A model generated the notes under the pieces. The model was not told where the DNA came from. It made no database searches and saw only the letters and a list, made by a program, of their open reading frames with translations. The translations under genes were made by a program, and so were the position numbers. A stretch of 59,512 nucleotides of DNA, counting the filler. It is 3 parts of 3 records of this genome, joined end to end, with 100 filler letters (N's around TTAATTAATTAA, not from the genome) between each part and the next. Parts side by side here need not be neighbours in the genome. Positions count along the whole stretch, not along the records: positions 42,923 to 59,512 come from SRR20825019_1935; 2 more parts are not named here. One strand, written 5' to 3'. Every line of letters begins with the position of its first letter. Position 1 is the first letter of the stretch. Shown here piece by piece: positions 49,148 through 59,512 of this stretch.

Positions 49148-52100
49148 TTAGTATTCTCTCTCGTAGAAGACGCCGCCGGTGGCTTCGCCTCTCGATCCCG
49201 CCGAGCCCTTGAGGATGAAATTGCGGCCGATATCGATATTGACGCTCGCCTTTGTGCCGGAATCACGGCTCTGCTCGATCTCGAGATAGGTGTTGCTGTT
49301 GAGATATTTGCCGACGCTGACCGCAGTATTGCCGGTCGAATCCGTCGTCAGGTCGAGATTGTCGACGCCAAGCACGTCGCGGATCGAGCCGAACAGCGAT
49401 TGGTCTGTTCCGCCCGTCAACTGGATGACGGCATCGGCGAGCTGGGCGATCTGAAGGGCGGAAAGCTGGGAGGAGGACTGGTTGAACAGAAGCTGCGCCA
49501 GGATTTCATCGTCGGGCAATGCCGGGGTCGAGCTCAGCTTCACCTGCGGGTCGTTGGCCACGCCTTCGAGCGCGATGGTAATCGCGGTGGAGCCGGCATT
49601 GGTATTGGCCCTCAGATCGATCATCGGGATCAGCGCGCCGCCAAAGGTGATCCGTCCCTGAGTGAAATCGAACCTCCGGTTCAGGATCGACAGCCGGCCG
49701 CGGATCAGATCGAAACCGCCGCTGACAACCGGGTTCTGGGTGGTGCCCGTGATCCGCACGTTTCCGCCAAGCTCGGCGTCAATGCCGCGCCCGCGCACGA
49801 AAATCGCGTTGGGAGCCGAAATGGTGAGGTCGAGCGCCATCGAGGAGCGCGCCTCTGTGGTTTGAGCCGGAGAAAGTATCTCGGCCTGCCGGAGCACCGC
49901 CTTCGACGCATCCTGGTGCACGATGTCGATCTGCGAGATCGACGCGGGCAATCGGTCGGGGATCACGATCGCCGTGCGGGCAAGCGTCAGCCTGCCTGCA
50001 AGTTTCGGCCGTACCAGAAGCGGCCCCTCCAGCGTCAACGTGCCGTTGGCCGTTGTCGTCAGCAATTGTCCGTCATTGATGACCGCATTGTCGGCAACGA
50101 GCTGCAGCGAGGCGGGGAAGTTGCCGGTGATGCCGACACTCCCGCTGATTGCGAGCGTGCCGCCGCCAGCGAGCTTGCCGGTGATGCCGTTGATCTCGAC
50201 CCGGTCTCCGGAAAGCGCAACGCGACCGGTTATATCGTTGAGCGAGATGCCGCGCCTGATGTCGGTCAGCGCGGTGATGGCGATATCGACGCCGCCGGAA
50301 TAGCTGGGGCTCGTCAGGCTGCCGCCCACGGTCATGTCGACATCGGCATTGCCGGCGATGGCGAAACCGGAACTGGCGGCGAGCGCGGAGGCGATCTGCA
50401 TCGGCAGGCGGCCGTTGATCGACAGGTTCAGCGGCTTGTTGCCGGTGAGCCCGACAGAGCCGGTGGCGCGTGCGTTGAAGCCCTGGGCATTGGTGATCGT
50501 GGTATCGGTCGTCACCTGGCTGCCGTCATAGCGGCCGGTCGTGGTCACGGAAAACGGCTGTCCGCCAAGCGCGCTGGCCTGGGCCAGATTGCCGTTGTCC
50601 AGACGGAGATTGTAGTCCGCCGTCGGGTTCGCCGTGGTGCCGCTCGCCGTCACCGTACCGGATAGCGTGCCGCTGGCGCCAAGCGAGGGGACGAACTGAT
50701 TGGCGATTGCAGCCGAAACGCCGCTGATATTGGCCGTCAGGTTCAGCCTGTCGCCGACGCTGCCGCTTGCGGCAATGGAGCCGCCGCCGATGCCGAGCCT
50801 GAGGCTTTCGATGTTGGTCGTACCATTGGCGATGGTGATCCGCCCGGGTTCGAGCAGCCGCAGCCCAAGGCCCATCGGCGCTCCGTCGAGGCGGTTCAGG
50901 TCGATCTGCAGCGTCTCCCCCCGGTTCACGGCCGCTTCCAGCGATACCGGCTGTCCGTCGTAACGGGCCGCGAGGTCGAAATTCGTGGTCGTGTCCTGGT
51001 TGCTGGCCGAAAGCGTGATGTCGGTGACGGTCTGTCCCGCAACGGCGACGGAGCCGAGCGTGATCTTGCCGCTTGCCTTCAGCGCCGCGACATCGGAAAC
51101 CGTCATGTCGGCGTCGAGGTTTCGCGCCGTGATGCCGCTGAAGGTGACGCTGTTGCCCTTGGCATCGATCGACAGGCCAAGCCTGTCATTGGCGTTGTCG
51201 AGTTCGACGCGGCCGGAGATCGCGCCCTCCGCCTTCTGGCCGGCAAGGCCGGCGAGCAGTTTCAGGTCCGGGAAATCGAAGCTGATGCCGCCCGCGGGCT
51301 GGAACTTGCCGTTGAGACTTATGTCGCCGGAAAGCGTGTTGCCGCCAACCGCGCCGTTGATGCCCGCGATCTCGATCATGCCGTCCTTCGAGGTGACATT
51401 GGCGGCAAGCGACAGCGGCGCGCCGGCATAGCTGCCCTTGGCGGTGAGCGTTCCCGATGGCGCCGACATATCCGCCTTGCCCTTGATCGTCGCCACGAAG
51501 TCTTCAAGCGTCTCGCCGGTAATGTCGAGACTGCCCGCCTTGACCGTGGCATCGATTTCGGGCGCGGCAAGCGCGCCGCTGATCGTTGCGTCGATGGTGG
51601 TCGAGCCCTTGACCTGCGGCGCGAGCCGCCCGAGTTCGGCAATCGTCGCCTTCAGCGTCGCATCGATCGTCCCGCCGGTGATGCGGACATCGCCGCCCGC
51701 CGTAAGCAATCCGTTCTCGACTTCGAGATTGGATAAAGCCGCCGCGCCGGAAGCGGTCGAGAGGAAGAAGTCGCTCTCGATCCGGGTCATGTCGTCGATC
51801 ATGCCGGCTGCCGCATCGGGAAGGGCGTCGGCGAGCACGAACAGGCGGGCGTGGCCGGTCGCATCCTGGGTTTCGAGATCGTAGTCTACGGTGGCGGTTG
51901 CGCCGATACTGCCGCTTTCAAGGGCGATATCCTCGAGTTTTATGGTGCCTTCCGCAAGCGTGACCCGGGTCTTGAGCGACAGCGGCGCCTCGATCATCCG
52001 GTCGAGGCTTTCATCGCGGAAGGCAAGGCTTTCAACCGAAAGGCCGGTGTTGAACGCGCCGGTGCGGGTGGTGAGATCAAAGCCCTTGCCGTTGGCCGCC

Positions 52101-53314
52101 AGCGACATGCCGCTTGCCGAAAGCTGCGGCAACGAGAGCTGCGAGAGCGTGACCGAGGCCGACAGATCGGCGCTTTTCGCCGCCCCGTTCAGGCTGAAGC
52201 TGGCATTTTCCAGAGACAGCGACAGCGAATCGTCGCCAATGGGCGTGGAAAACGGCACGGAACCGCCGTTGACGCCGTCAAGCGCGACCTCGAGGTCGTT
52301 ATCGCCATTTGGATCGTAGGCGCCCGAGGCGTTCAGCACGAAGCTACCGGTTCCGATCCGGCCCTTGCCGATCGCGATCCGCCCGCCGGGATAAAGCGTC
52401 GCGGCGACGTCGATATCGGTCTTGCCCTCGACGAGCGACTGGAATTGCGGCGGCGTCAGCGCGGCGAATTCACCCTGGCCTGTGACTGTGACGGTGCGCT
52501 CTGACTTGTCGTTCAACTGGTGGCGAATATCGATCGCGCCGAGCGTCTCGCCGGAAAGCGCGGCCGTCAGACGTCCCTGCCAGTCCGAAAGCGGGCCATC
52601 GCCATCGACCGCGATATTGAGCGCGGGCGTTCCGGGAATTTTCAAAAGCGTCGCCACCATGCCGCCTTCCGGCTCGTTCACCTCGGCGGTAAGATCGAGC
52701 AGGTTCTGGTCCGGCGCGTATTCGATATCGGCCTTGACATAGGTGCCCGCGCGGGCGCGGTGCTCGATGTCGAGCGCGGTCGAGATCCGGTCGGTGACGG
52801 CGCTTACATGGCCGGAGGCGGCGAGCGGATAGGCCTCGCCCGCCACCGCTTCGGCGATATCGATCTGCGGAAAGTCGAATTTCTCGATATCGACGCCGAT
52901 CGGCAGCGAGAAGCCATTCGATTGCGTCTTTGCCGTCTCCGGCGCCGGTTTTCCTGGAACGGGAAGACGGGAAAGCGAGATCGTGCGCGCCGACAGGCTA
53001 TCGGCGGCAAACCGCCCCCGCAACAGCGCCATCGGCGACCAGTCGAGCGCAATGCCGTCAACCGTGGCATAGGGGCCCTTGATATCGGAGATGGTGACGC
53101 TGTCGACGGTGAAATTGCCGGTCAGCGGCGCGCTGACCCTGCCCACATGGACGGCGAAATCCGGGGAGGCGATCCGTGTGGTGATCTGGCGCACGGCGAA
53201 ATTCGCGCCGGGCTCGGTATAGCCGATCAGGATGACGACCGCGGCAACGATCACGATCGCAAGCGCCACAAGGCCCGCAACTATCTGCAGCAGTCGTTTG
53301 AAAAATACCGCCAT
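49148..53314 (-). CDS. tamB: Translocation and assembly module TamB
   Basis: N-terminal anchor, long beta-rich body, DUF490-like end (GRGIDAELGG, P.LP.DEILAQLLF, GKYL). Follows tamA. Confidence 0.92.
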   Translation of the reverse strand: MAVFFKRLLQIVAGLVALAIVIVAAVVILIGYTEPGANFAVRQITTRIASPDFAVHVGRVSAPLTGNFTVDSVTISDIKGPYATVDGIALDWSPMALLRGRFAADSLSARTISLSRLPVPGKPAPETAKTQSNGFSLPIGVDIEKFDFPQIDIAEAVAGEAYPLAASGHVSAVTDRISTALDIEHRARAGTYVKADIEYAPDQNLLDLTAEVNEPEGGMVATLLKIPGTPALNIAVDGDGPLSDWQGRLTAALSGETLGAIDIRHQLNDKSERTVTVTGQGEFAALTPPQFQSLVEGKTDIDVAATLYPGGRIAIGKGRIGTGSFVLNASGAYDPNGDNDLEVALDGVNGGSVPFSTPIGDDSLSLSLENASFSLNGAAKSADLSASVTLSQLSLPQLSASGMSLAANGKGFDLTTRTGAFNTGLSVESLAFRDESLDRMIEAPLSLKTRVTLAEGTIKLEDIALESGSIGATATVDYDLETQDATGHARLFVLADALPDAAAGMIDDMTRIESDFFLSTASGAAALSNLEVENGLLTAGGDVRITGGTIDATLKATIAELGRLAPQVKGSTTIDATISGALAAPEIDATVKAGSLDITGETLEDFVATIKGKADMSAPSGTLTAKGSYAGAPLSLAANVTSKDGMIEIAGINGAVGGNTLSGDISLNGKFQPAGGISFDFPDLKLLAGLAGQKAEGAISGRVELDNANDRLGLSIDAKGNSVTFSGITARNLDADMTVSDVAALKASGKITLGSVAVAGQTVTDITLSASNQDTTTNFDLAARYDGQPVSLEAAVNRGETLQIDLNRLDGAPMGLGLRLLEPGRITIANGTTNIESLRLGIGGGSIAASGSVGDRLNLTANISGVSAAIANQFVPSLGASGTLSGTVTASGTTANPTADYNLRLDNGNLAQASALGGQPFSVTTTGRYDGSQVTTDTTITNAQGFNARATGSVGLTGNKPLNLSINGRLPMQIASALAASSGFAIAGNADVDMTVGGSLTSPSYSGGVDIAITALTDIRRGISLNDITGRVALSGDRVEINGITGKLAGGGTLAISGSVGITGNFPASLQLVADNAVINDGQLLTTTANGTLTLEGPLLVRPKLAGRLTLARTAIVIPDRLPASISQIDIVHQDASKAVLRQAEILSPAQTTEARSSMALDLTISAPNAIFVRGRGIDAELGGNVRITGTTQNPVVSGGFDLIRGRLSILNRRFDFTQGRITFGGALIPMIDLRANTNAGSTAITIALEGVANDPQVKLSSTPALPDDEILAQLLFNQSSSQLSALQIAQLADAVIQLTGGTDQSLFGSIRDVLGVDNLDLTTDSTGNTAVSVGKYLNSNTYLEIEQSRDSGTKASVNIDIGRNFILKGSAGSRGEATGGVFYEREY

Positions 53315-53418
53315 GAAACTCCTCGGACGCGATTTCCCTTTGGCAAATAGAGTGATTTGCGCGTTTTTCCAATCATGTCATGAAAGGCATGAATGCATCG
53401 TCAATTGCAAGGAACTCG

Positions 53419-55341
53419 CTAAAAACTCTGCCCGATGCCGGCATAGATGCCGTAATGGTCGCCGCCGGGATAGCGATCGAGCGGGACGGCGACATCGAGA
53501 CGGATCGGGCCGAAGCCGGTGAGATAGCGCACCCCGATGCCGGCGCCGGCGCGGATATCGGAGAAGTCGGGGAAGTAGTCGGCGGACACATCGGCGGCAT
53601 CGATGAACGGCACGACCTGAATGTTTTCGGTCACGCCGATCCGCGCCTCGAGCGTTGCCTCGACATAGGAGCGGCCGCCGGTTTCATCGCCGTTGGCGAG
53701 CCGCGGCGAGATCGACTTGTAAGCATAGCCGCGCACACTGCCGCCGCCGCCGGCATAGAACCGGTCGTTTGCGGGGATGTCCTTGAGGTCGCCGCCGCCG
53801 ACGATGGTGCCGGCGCCGAGGCGGGCGGCGAGGGTGAAGCGGTCATCTTCGCCCGCCGAGAAATAGGTCGAGCCGACGGCATCGAAGGACGAGAAGAAAT
53901 TGCCGTTGAGGAAATCATAGGCGGGCTCGGCCGTGGTGATCAGGTAAATGCCCTCGGTCGGGTTCAGCGTGTCGTTGCGGGTGTCGCGGTCAAAGCTCAC
54001 GGGCGCGGAGAACGTCAGGTAATCCTCGGTGCCGAAGGCGTCCTTGATGTGGGAATAGTCGAGCGTCAGACCGGCGCTGATCGTGTTGTATTCATTCTGC
54101 TCATAGCTGTAGCTGACGCTGCCGGCGACCGATTTCGCATTGTAAGCGTCCGGGTTCTCCGTAGCTGTGATGAGGCTGGCGGTGAACATGCCGGACGGAT
54201 GGAACAGGCCCGGCTTGGTGAAGGTGATGCCGCCGGCGAGATCGAGCGAGTTGACGCCGTAATCGTCCGAAGCGCCGATCCGCGAAACGCCGGCTTCAAG
54301 ACGCAGGCCCTCGGCCTGGCCGAACAGGTTGCGGTGGCCCCAATAGCCTTCAAGCCCGAGGCCGTCGATCGATGATATGGTAGCGCCGAAGCCGTAATAC
54401 CGGAACTTGCCGTCGCGCACCGTGATCGTCGTCGGCAAATGGCCGCTGTCGTCGAGCGCGCTTGCGGTCGTGATCGTCACCGAATCGAAGGTGTTCAGGG
54501 TGCGCAGGCGATTGGCCGCCGCGGTAAGCTGTTCGGGAGAATATTGCTCGCCCGGCTTCAGCCGCGAATAACGCCGGATGAAGTCGGGCTCGACGGCTTC
54601 GGAGCCCTCCACCGCGATCGACCCCAGATCTGCCACCGGCCCGTCCTCGGCGCGAATATCGACATCGACTGTCGAGGTCGCGTGATCGGCAATCACCTCC
54701 CGGCGGGTGATGGTTGCAAAGGGGTGGCCCTGATCCTTCAACTCATTGGTGATCTCGCGGGCGGCCGAAAGGATGATGGTCGAATAGGCCGGCTTTCCCT
54801 TCTCGAGATCGAGTTTTTTCGGATCGAAACTTGCCGGTGCGCCCTCGAGGTTGACCCGAGCAAAGGTGAACATCGGACCCGCTTCGATCGCGACCGTGAC
54901 GGGGACCGGATCCTCGCGCCCGAAATCGGGCAGGCCGACGATATCCTCGATCGACTGCCCGTTGACGCTGATATTGACCAGCCCGCCATAATAGGCTTTC
55001 TCGAACAGCGAGCCGACGAGGATCTGAAGATCGTCGCGCGCCTTCACCAGCACGCCGAGATCGCCGTCGACGGGTTGGCGCTCATCGCTGACCAGCGCAG
55101 AGCGGTTGCGCAGGAAGCCTTCCAGTTCGCTGTCGCCCCCGGTCACGCTGAAGGTCACGGTGTAGTGCACGGGGTCCTGGATCGAGGAGATGTCGATCTC
55201 CTTCTCGCCCCAGAGATGGATGCCGAACAGGCTGAAAGCGTTGGCCTCGCCGCTGACGGCGAAGATCGCGGCGGAAATCGCCAGCTGCAGCTTCAGCGCG
55301 CCGGATATTCCTAAACTCTTCCGTTTTGAACGGGTTACCAT
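53419..55341 (-). CDS. tamA: Translocation and assembly module TamA (Omp85 family)
   Basis: POTRA region, HRNLFG, RFYAGGGGSVRGY, GPIRLDVA, IGQSF C-terminus. Confidence 0.93.
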   Translation of the reverse strand: MVTRSKRKSLGISGALKLQLAISAAIFAVSGEANAFSLFGIHLWGEKEIDISSIQDPVHYTVTFSVTGGDSELEGFLRNRSALVSDERQPVDGDLGVLVKARDDLQILVGSLFEKAYYGGLVNISVNGQSIEDIVGLPDFGREDPVPVTVAIEAGPMFTFARVNLEGAPASFDPKKLDLEKGKPAYSTIILSAAREITNELKDQGHPFATITRREVIADHATSTVDVDIRAEDGPVADLGSIAVEGSEAVEPDFIRRYSRLKPGEQYSPEQLTAAANRLRTLNTFDSVTITTASALDDSGHLPTTITVRDGKFRYYGFGATISSIDGLGLEGYWGHRNLFGQAEGLRLEAGVSRIGASDDYGVNSLDLAGGITFTKPGLFHPSGMFTASLITATENPDAYNAKSVAGSVSYSYEQNEYNTISAGLTLDYSHIKDAFGTEDYLTFSAPVSFDRDTRNDTLNPTEGIYLITTAEPAYDFLNGNFFSSFDAVGSTYFSAGEDDRFTLAARLGAGTIVGGGDLKDIPANDRFYAGGGGSVRGYAYKSISPRLANGDETGGRSYVEATLEARIGVTENIQVVPFIDAADVSADYFPDFSDIRAGAGIGVRYLTGFGPIRLDVAVPLDRYPGGDHYGIYAGIGQSF

Positions 55342-55547
55342 TTTCAACTCAAACCACATCGCGAGATATATACGCGATAAAATATTAGCAGGTTTCCAAA
55401 TGCATAGCCCAACAAAACCGAAAACCCGGCAACAGCATTAACCGTTGGTTACGGACGCTGTATGTCGGGTCTGGTTTTGCCACGGACGATCGCCGGAATT
55501 GACAAGCCCTGGCGGGGCCGCCCCCTTTGCGGCGGCGGCCCTATTTC

Positions 55548-55829
55548 CTACCGGTAGCCGGGCGGGCAGTCGTCGGTGTATTCGCGGCCGTAGCGGTCAC
55601 GATAGTAGCACTTGCCCGGCTGGTTCTCGACGGCACGGCCGACGAGAGCGCCGGCGCCGGCGCCGATCGCGCCGCCCAGAAGCGCGCCGCCGAGGCCGCC
55701 GCCATCAATTGCCGTGCCGACCAGCGCGCCGGTGCCGGCGCCGATGGCAGCACCTTCCTGCGTGGGCGTGCAGGCCGTGGCTGCAAGCGAAGAAACGCCG
55801 ATCAGAATTCCTGCGAATAATTTTTTCAT
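55548..55829 (-). CDS. Glycine-zipper lipoprotein (YMGG-like)
   Basis: Lipobox ATAC, GAAIGAGTGALVG repeats and a C-terminal Cys pair. Confidence 0.85.
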   Translation of the reverse strand: MKKLFAGILIGVSSLAATACTPTQEGAAIGAGTGALVGTAIDGGGLGGALLGGAIGAGAGALVGRAVENQPGKCYYRDRYGREYTDDCPPGYR

Positions 55830-56068
55830 GATACCCTCATCATCTTTGCGCTCTGGTTCCGCGCCGACTGACCGCTCCATTGTCCCGGACCTGTCGTTGC
55901 CGTCCCTCACATGCAGCACGTGGCCGCTCGTCCAATACATACCCGAATAGCGCTCCGTCGAAAAGCGAAAAGCTCGTCGACCGGGCCGTCACGCCTCGGG
56001 TGAATGGGTAATGTCCGGTGAGGCGATAGGTTCCATCTTTTCCCAAATTTCCGAATCCGTGCGTCAAA

Positions 56069-56082
56069 TTGACCCTGATCAA
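56069..56082. promoter_or_regulatory. FNR/FixK box upstream of hemA
   Basis: TTGAC-CCTG-ATCAA versus consensus TTGAT-N4-ATCAA. Confidence 0.75.
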
Positions 56083-56113
56083 GTTTTGGTCAGGCGGTTG
56101 CGCGTAGATAAAG

Positions 56114-56130
56114 TTTGGAATAGTTCAAAT
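56114..56130. promoter_or_regulatory. Irr iron control element (ICE)-like site
   Basis: TTTGGAATAGTTCAAAT versus TTTRGAAYNRTTCYAAA (2 mismatches). Confidence 0.65.
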
Positions 56131-56243
56131 TAAGGGCTGATTGTCGCAGGGGCAGGAATGAGGCCCCGACGCGGGTTGACGCGGAGCGATCTTCGTCAAA
56201 TCCTGTCAAGAAACAACAAGGCCGGTGGTGGAGCATCTGGGTA

Positions 56244-57458
56244 ATGGATTTCGAAGCATTCTTCAAAAGCGAGCTGGCGGAACTGCATGACGAGGGCCGC
56301 TACCGCGTTTTCGCGGAGCTGAAGCGCCACCGCGGCGAGTTCCCGCGCGCCTCCCGTTTCAAGGATGGCGCTGCATCCGACGTCACGGTCTGGTGTTCGA
56401 ACGATTATCTCGGCATGGGACAGTGTCCCACCGTGATCGCCGCCATGCAGGAGGCGATCGAGGTTTGCGGGGCGGGGGCCGGCGGCACACGCAATATTTC
56501 CGGCACCAATTATTATCACGTCCAGCTCGAGCACGAACTTGCCGACCTGCATGGCAAGGAAGCCGCTCTGATCTTCACGTCCGGCTATGTTTCCAACTGG
56601 GCGACGCTCGGCACGCTCGGCGAAAAAATCCCCGGGCTGATCATTTTCTCCGACGCGCTTAACCACGCCTCGATGATCGAGGGCATTCGTCACGGCAAGT
56701 CGGCGCGGGCGATCTTCCGCCACAACGACCTGAACGATCTCGAGGCCAAGCTGAAGGCCGCCGATCCTGCAGCCCCCAAGATGATCGCGTTCGAATCGGT
56801 CTATTCGATGGATGGCGATATCGCGCCGATCAAGGAAATCTGCGATCTCGCCGACAAGTACGGCGCGATGACCTATCTCGACGAGGTCCATGCCGTCGGC
56901 ATGTACGGCCCGCGTGGCGGCGGCGTTGCCGAGCGCGAGGGGCTGATGGACCGGATCACGATCATCGAGGGCACGCTCGGCAAGGCCTTCGGCGTCATGG
57001 GCGGCTATATCACCGGCTCCAAGGCGCTGGTCGATTTCATCCGCTCCTTCGCCTCGGGCTTCATCTTCACCACGGCGCTGCCGCCGGCGCTTGCCGCAGG
57101 TGCTGTCGCCTCGATCCGTCACCTCAAGGTCAGCCAGATCGAGCGGTCCCGCCATCGCGAACGGGTTGAGACGCTGCGCGCCAAGCTTGATCGCCAGGGC
57201 ATTCCGCATATGCCCAATCCAAGCCATATCGTGCCGGTGATGGTTGGCGACGCGTCCAAGTGCAAGTGGATCTCGGACATCCTGCTGGATAGTTTCGGCG
57301 TCTACGTGCAGCCGATCAACTATCCGACCGTGCCGCGCAAGACCGAGCGCCTGCGCTTCACGCCGACCCCGTTTCACACCGATGCCGATATCGATCATCT
57401 GGTTTCGGCGCTGCATTCGCTGTGGTCGCAATGCGCGCTGGCGCGCGCCGTGGCCTGA
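56244..57458 (+). CDS. hemA: 5-aminolevulinate synthase
   Basis: [36 protein letters not shown] (PLP Lys). Confidence 0.97.
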   Translation: MDFEAFFKSELAELHDEGRYRVFAELKRHRGEFPRASRFKDGAASDVTVWCSNDYLGMGQCPTVIAAMQEAIEVCGAGAGGTRNISGTNYYHVQLEHELADLHGKEAALIFTSGYVSNWATLGTLGEKIPGLIIFSDALNHASMIEGIRHGKSARAIFRHNDLNDLEAKLKAADPAAPKMIAFESVYSMDGDIAPIKEICDLADKYGAMTYLDEVHAVGMYGPRGGGVAEREGLMDRITIIEGTLGKAFGVMGGYITGSKALVDFIRSFASGFIFTTALPPALAAGAVASIRHLKVSQIERSRHRERVETLRAKLDRQGIPHMPNPSHIVPVMVGDASKCKWISDILLDSFGVYVQPINYPTVPRKTERLRFTPTPFHTDADIDHLVSALHSLWSQCALARAVA

Positions 57459-57465
57459 TCCGCGG

Positions 57466-57486
57466 AAAAGCCGCCTTCGGGCGGCT
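57466..57486 (-). terminator. Terminator hairpin between the convergent hemA and dxr
   Basis: AGCCGCC-TTCG-GGCGGCT with an A4 flank. Confidence 0.7.
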
Positions 57487-57556
57487 ATCCGACCCCGGAT
57501 GGGCGCAGACAAATAGATAGAGCATCACCGGCGAACCGGTCGTCAGCAGAAGGGCG

Positions 57557-58720
57557 CTATGCGCCGATCCGCTTTTCGGCCCGTCTACGAGCCTCGCCGT
57601 CGGCGGCGAATACGTCTTCGATGGCCACAGCTGTCGGAAGATCGCGCATTTCCTCCATCACGGCCTCGGTAATGTCGGCCATTTCCAGAAAGCCGCAGCG
57701 GCCTTCGATGAAGGCTTCGAGCGCGATTTCCTTGGCGCCATTCAGCACCGCGCCCTGCAGCCCGCCGCGCGCCATGGCCAGCCGCGCAAGCCGGAGTGCG
57801 GGAAAGCGAACCTCGTCGGGCGCTTCGAAATCGAGCCTTGCGAGCCTTGCGAAATCCAGCTTTTCCACCGAAAGCGGCCGGCGTTCGGGATAGGAGAGCG
57901 CATAGCCGATGGCGGTGCGCATATCCGGTGAACCGAGCTGGGCGAGGATCGAGCCATCGGCATAGCCGACCATGGAATGGATGATCGACTGCGGGTGGAC
58001 AACCACTTCAACCTGTTCGGGCGTGAGGTCGAAAAGATGCTGCGCCTCGATCATTTCGAGCGCCTTGTTGAACATCGAGGCGCTGTCGATCGAGATCTTC
58101 AGCCCCATCGACCAGTTGGGATGGGCGCGCGCGGTCGCCGCGTCGACATGGCGCATCTCATCCAGCGACATTTCACGGAACGGGCCGCCGGAAGCGGTGA
58201 TGATCACCCGGTCGAGCGCGCGGCGCTGGTTTTCCGTAAACACCTGGAAGATCGCGGAATGCTCGCTGTCGACCGGGATCAGCATGCCGCCGCCGCGTTG
58301 CACGGCGTCCATGAACAGCGGTCCGGCGGAAACCAGGCATTCCTTGTTGGCAAGCGCGATGTCGGCGCCGGCCGCAGCCGCCTTCAGCGTCGGGGCGAGC
58401 CCGGCCGTGCCGACGATCGCCGCCATCACGATATCATTGTTCTGCTCGGCCGCCTCGTCGAGGCCGGTGGCCCCTGCCGCGGTTTGGATGCCGGTGCCGG
58501 AAAGCGCTTGCTTCAGTTCACCATAACGGCTTTCATCTGCGGTGACGGCCATGGCGGCGCCGTGCTCGATCGCCAGGCGGGCAAGCGTCTCGACATTGGA
58601 ATTGCCGGTCACCGCCGTGATCTCGAAGGCCTTACGACCGCCGAGCTGGGCGATGACGTCGAGCGTGTTTATACCGATGGAGCCGGTCGCGCCGAATATT
58701 GCGATGCGTCGCGTCTGCAT
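57557..58720 (-). CDS. dxr: 1-deoxy-D-xylulose-5-phosphate reductoisomerase
   Basis: GATGSIG, LANKE, PVDSEH, TASGGPF, HPNWSMG, HPQSIIHSM. Confidence 0.97.
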   Translation of the reverse strand: MQTRRIAIFGATGSIGINTLDVIAQLGGRKAFEITAVTGNSNVETLARLAIEHGAAMAVTADESRYGELKQALSGTGIQTAAGATGLDEAAEQNNDIVMAAIVGTAGLAPTLKAAAAGADIALANKECLVSAGPLFMDAVQRGGGMLIPVDSEHSAIFQVFTENQRRALDRVIITASGGPFREMSLDEMRHVDAATARAHPNWSMGLKISIDSASMFNKALEMIEAQHLFDLTPEQVEVVVHPQSIIHSMVGYADGSILAQLGSPDMRTAIGYALSYPERRPLSVEKLDFARLARLDFEAPDEVRFPALRLARLAMARGGLQGAVLNGAKEIALEAFIEGRCGFLEMADITEAVMEEMRDLPTAVAIEDVFAADGEARRRAEKRIGA

Positions 58721-58930
58721 GTGCCTGCCTGTCGTTCCTGTCTGACAGGCTCTATCGGGTTTTTCGGGCGGAAAACAGAGGGCCGGCCAATATTCCCTTG
58801 CTTTGTGCCGCTTCCGGCTGGCTTGCTGCAAGGCACTGGAAAAACCGGACCCAAGGCATTATCAAAATGTCATCAAAATCTCCGGGGGCCGCGCGCGGCG
58901 ACCGTCGGATGAGGAATGAGGGAGTGCGAG

Positions 58931-59512
58931 ATGGCCGATAATATCAAGCGCATCGGGGTGATCGGCGCCGGGGCCATGGGCTGCGGCGTTGCGCATGTCT
59001 GCGCGATCGCCGGCTACGACGTCCACCTGATCGACACCGGACAGCCGCAGATCGAGGGCGGGCTTGCCACCATCAACGGCAATCTGGCGCGACAGGTCAG
59101 CTCCGGCAAGCTTTCCGATGACGATCGCAAGAAGGCGCTGAAGCTGATCACCGCCTCGACCGATCTCCAGGACCTTGCCGCCACCGATATCGTGATCGAG
59201 GCTATCACCGAGGACGAGACGGCAAAACGCGCGCTTTACGCAAAAATCTGCCCGATCCTGAAGCCGGAAACGCTGCTGGCCAGCAATACCTCGTCATTCT
59301 CGATCACCCGGCTTGCCGCCTCCACCGATCGGCCGGAGCGGTTCATGGGCGTGCATTTCATGAACCCGGTGCCGGTGATGGAACTGGTGGAACTGGTGCG
59401 CGGTATCGCCACCGATGAGGTGACTTTCGAAACCGCCAGGCAATTCGTGCTGTCGCTTGGCAAGACGCCGACCGTTTCGGAGGATTTCCCGGCCTTCATC
59501 GTCAACCGCATC
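58931..59512 (+). CDS. hbd: 3-hydroxybutyryl-CoA dehydrogenase, 5' part (runs off the window; absent from the ORF track)
   Basis: MADNIKRIGVIGAGAMG, IEAITED, ASNTSS, GVHFMNPVPVM, PAFIVNRI. Confidence 0.92.
   Translation, partial: MADNIKRIGVIGAGAMGCGVAHVCAIAGYDVHLIDTGQPQIEGGLATINGNLARQVSSGKLSDDDRKKALKLITASTDLQDLAATDIVIEAITEDETAKRALYAKICPILKPETLLASNTSSFSITRLAASTDRPERFMGVHFMNPVPVMELVELVRGIATDEVTFETARQFVLSLGKTPTVSEDFPAFIVNRI

Noticed and set aside
1-59512. tRNA, rRNA, CRISPR, prophage or defence genes
   Set aside because: None recognised by eye; not excluded without tRNAscan, Rfam or DefenseFinder.

Overview
The window is not one locus. Three contigs are joined by artificial 100-nt linkers (44 N + TTAATTAATTAA + 44 N at 28391-28490 and 42823-42922). 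Contig 1 (1-28390) looks Verrucomicrobiota/Opitutales-like (inferred from gene style). It carries a degenerate integron-type attC site with a cassette-like ORF, a PepSY gene bracketed by ~150-bp direct repeats, and a RAYT flanked by inverted GTAG REPs. It also holds msrB, xseA, a ~14-kb cluster of two polyprenol-phosphate GT2s, six GT-C-like polytopic membrane proteins and a methyltransferase next to a type IV pilin, then rsfS, nadD, DUF885, an AKR, parE/parC and a sulfatase end. Contigs 2 and 3 are GC-rich and Rhizobiales-like. Contig 2 has DUF1428/MarR, uxuA-gntR-TRAP, a diguanylate cyclase, a second TRAP system under a TPP riboswitch, a lytic transglycosylase and wzc. Contig 3 has a sugar SBP, two AKRs, chaA plus an iGluR-like channel, tamBA, hemA, dxr and a partial hbd. 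The best candidates for undescribed systems are the TPP-riboswitch-controlled TRAP transporter (with a coupled Cys-rich uORF), the pilin-linked multi-GT-C glycosylation locus, and the chaA/iGluR-like channel pair lacking a K+ filter. All calls are by eye; no searches were run.
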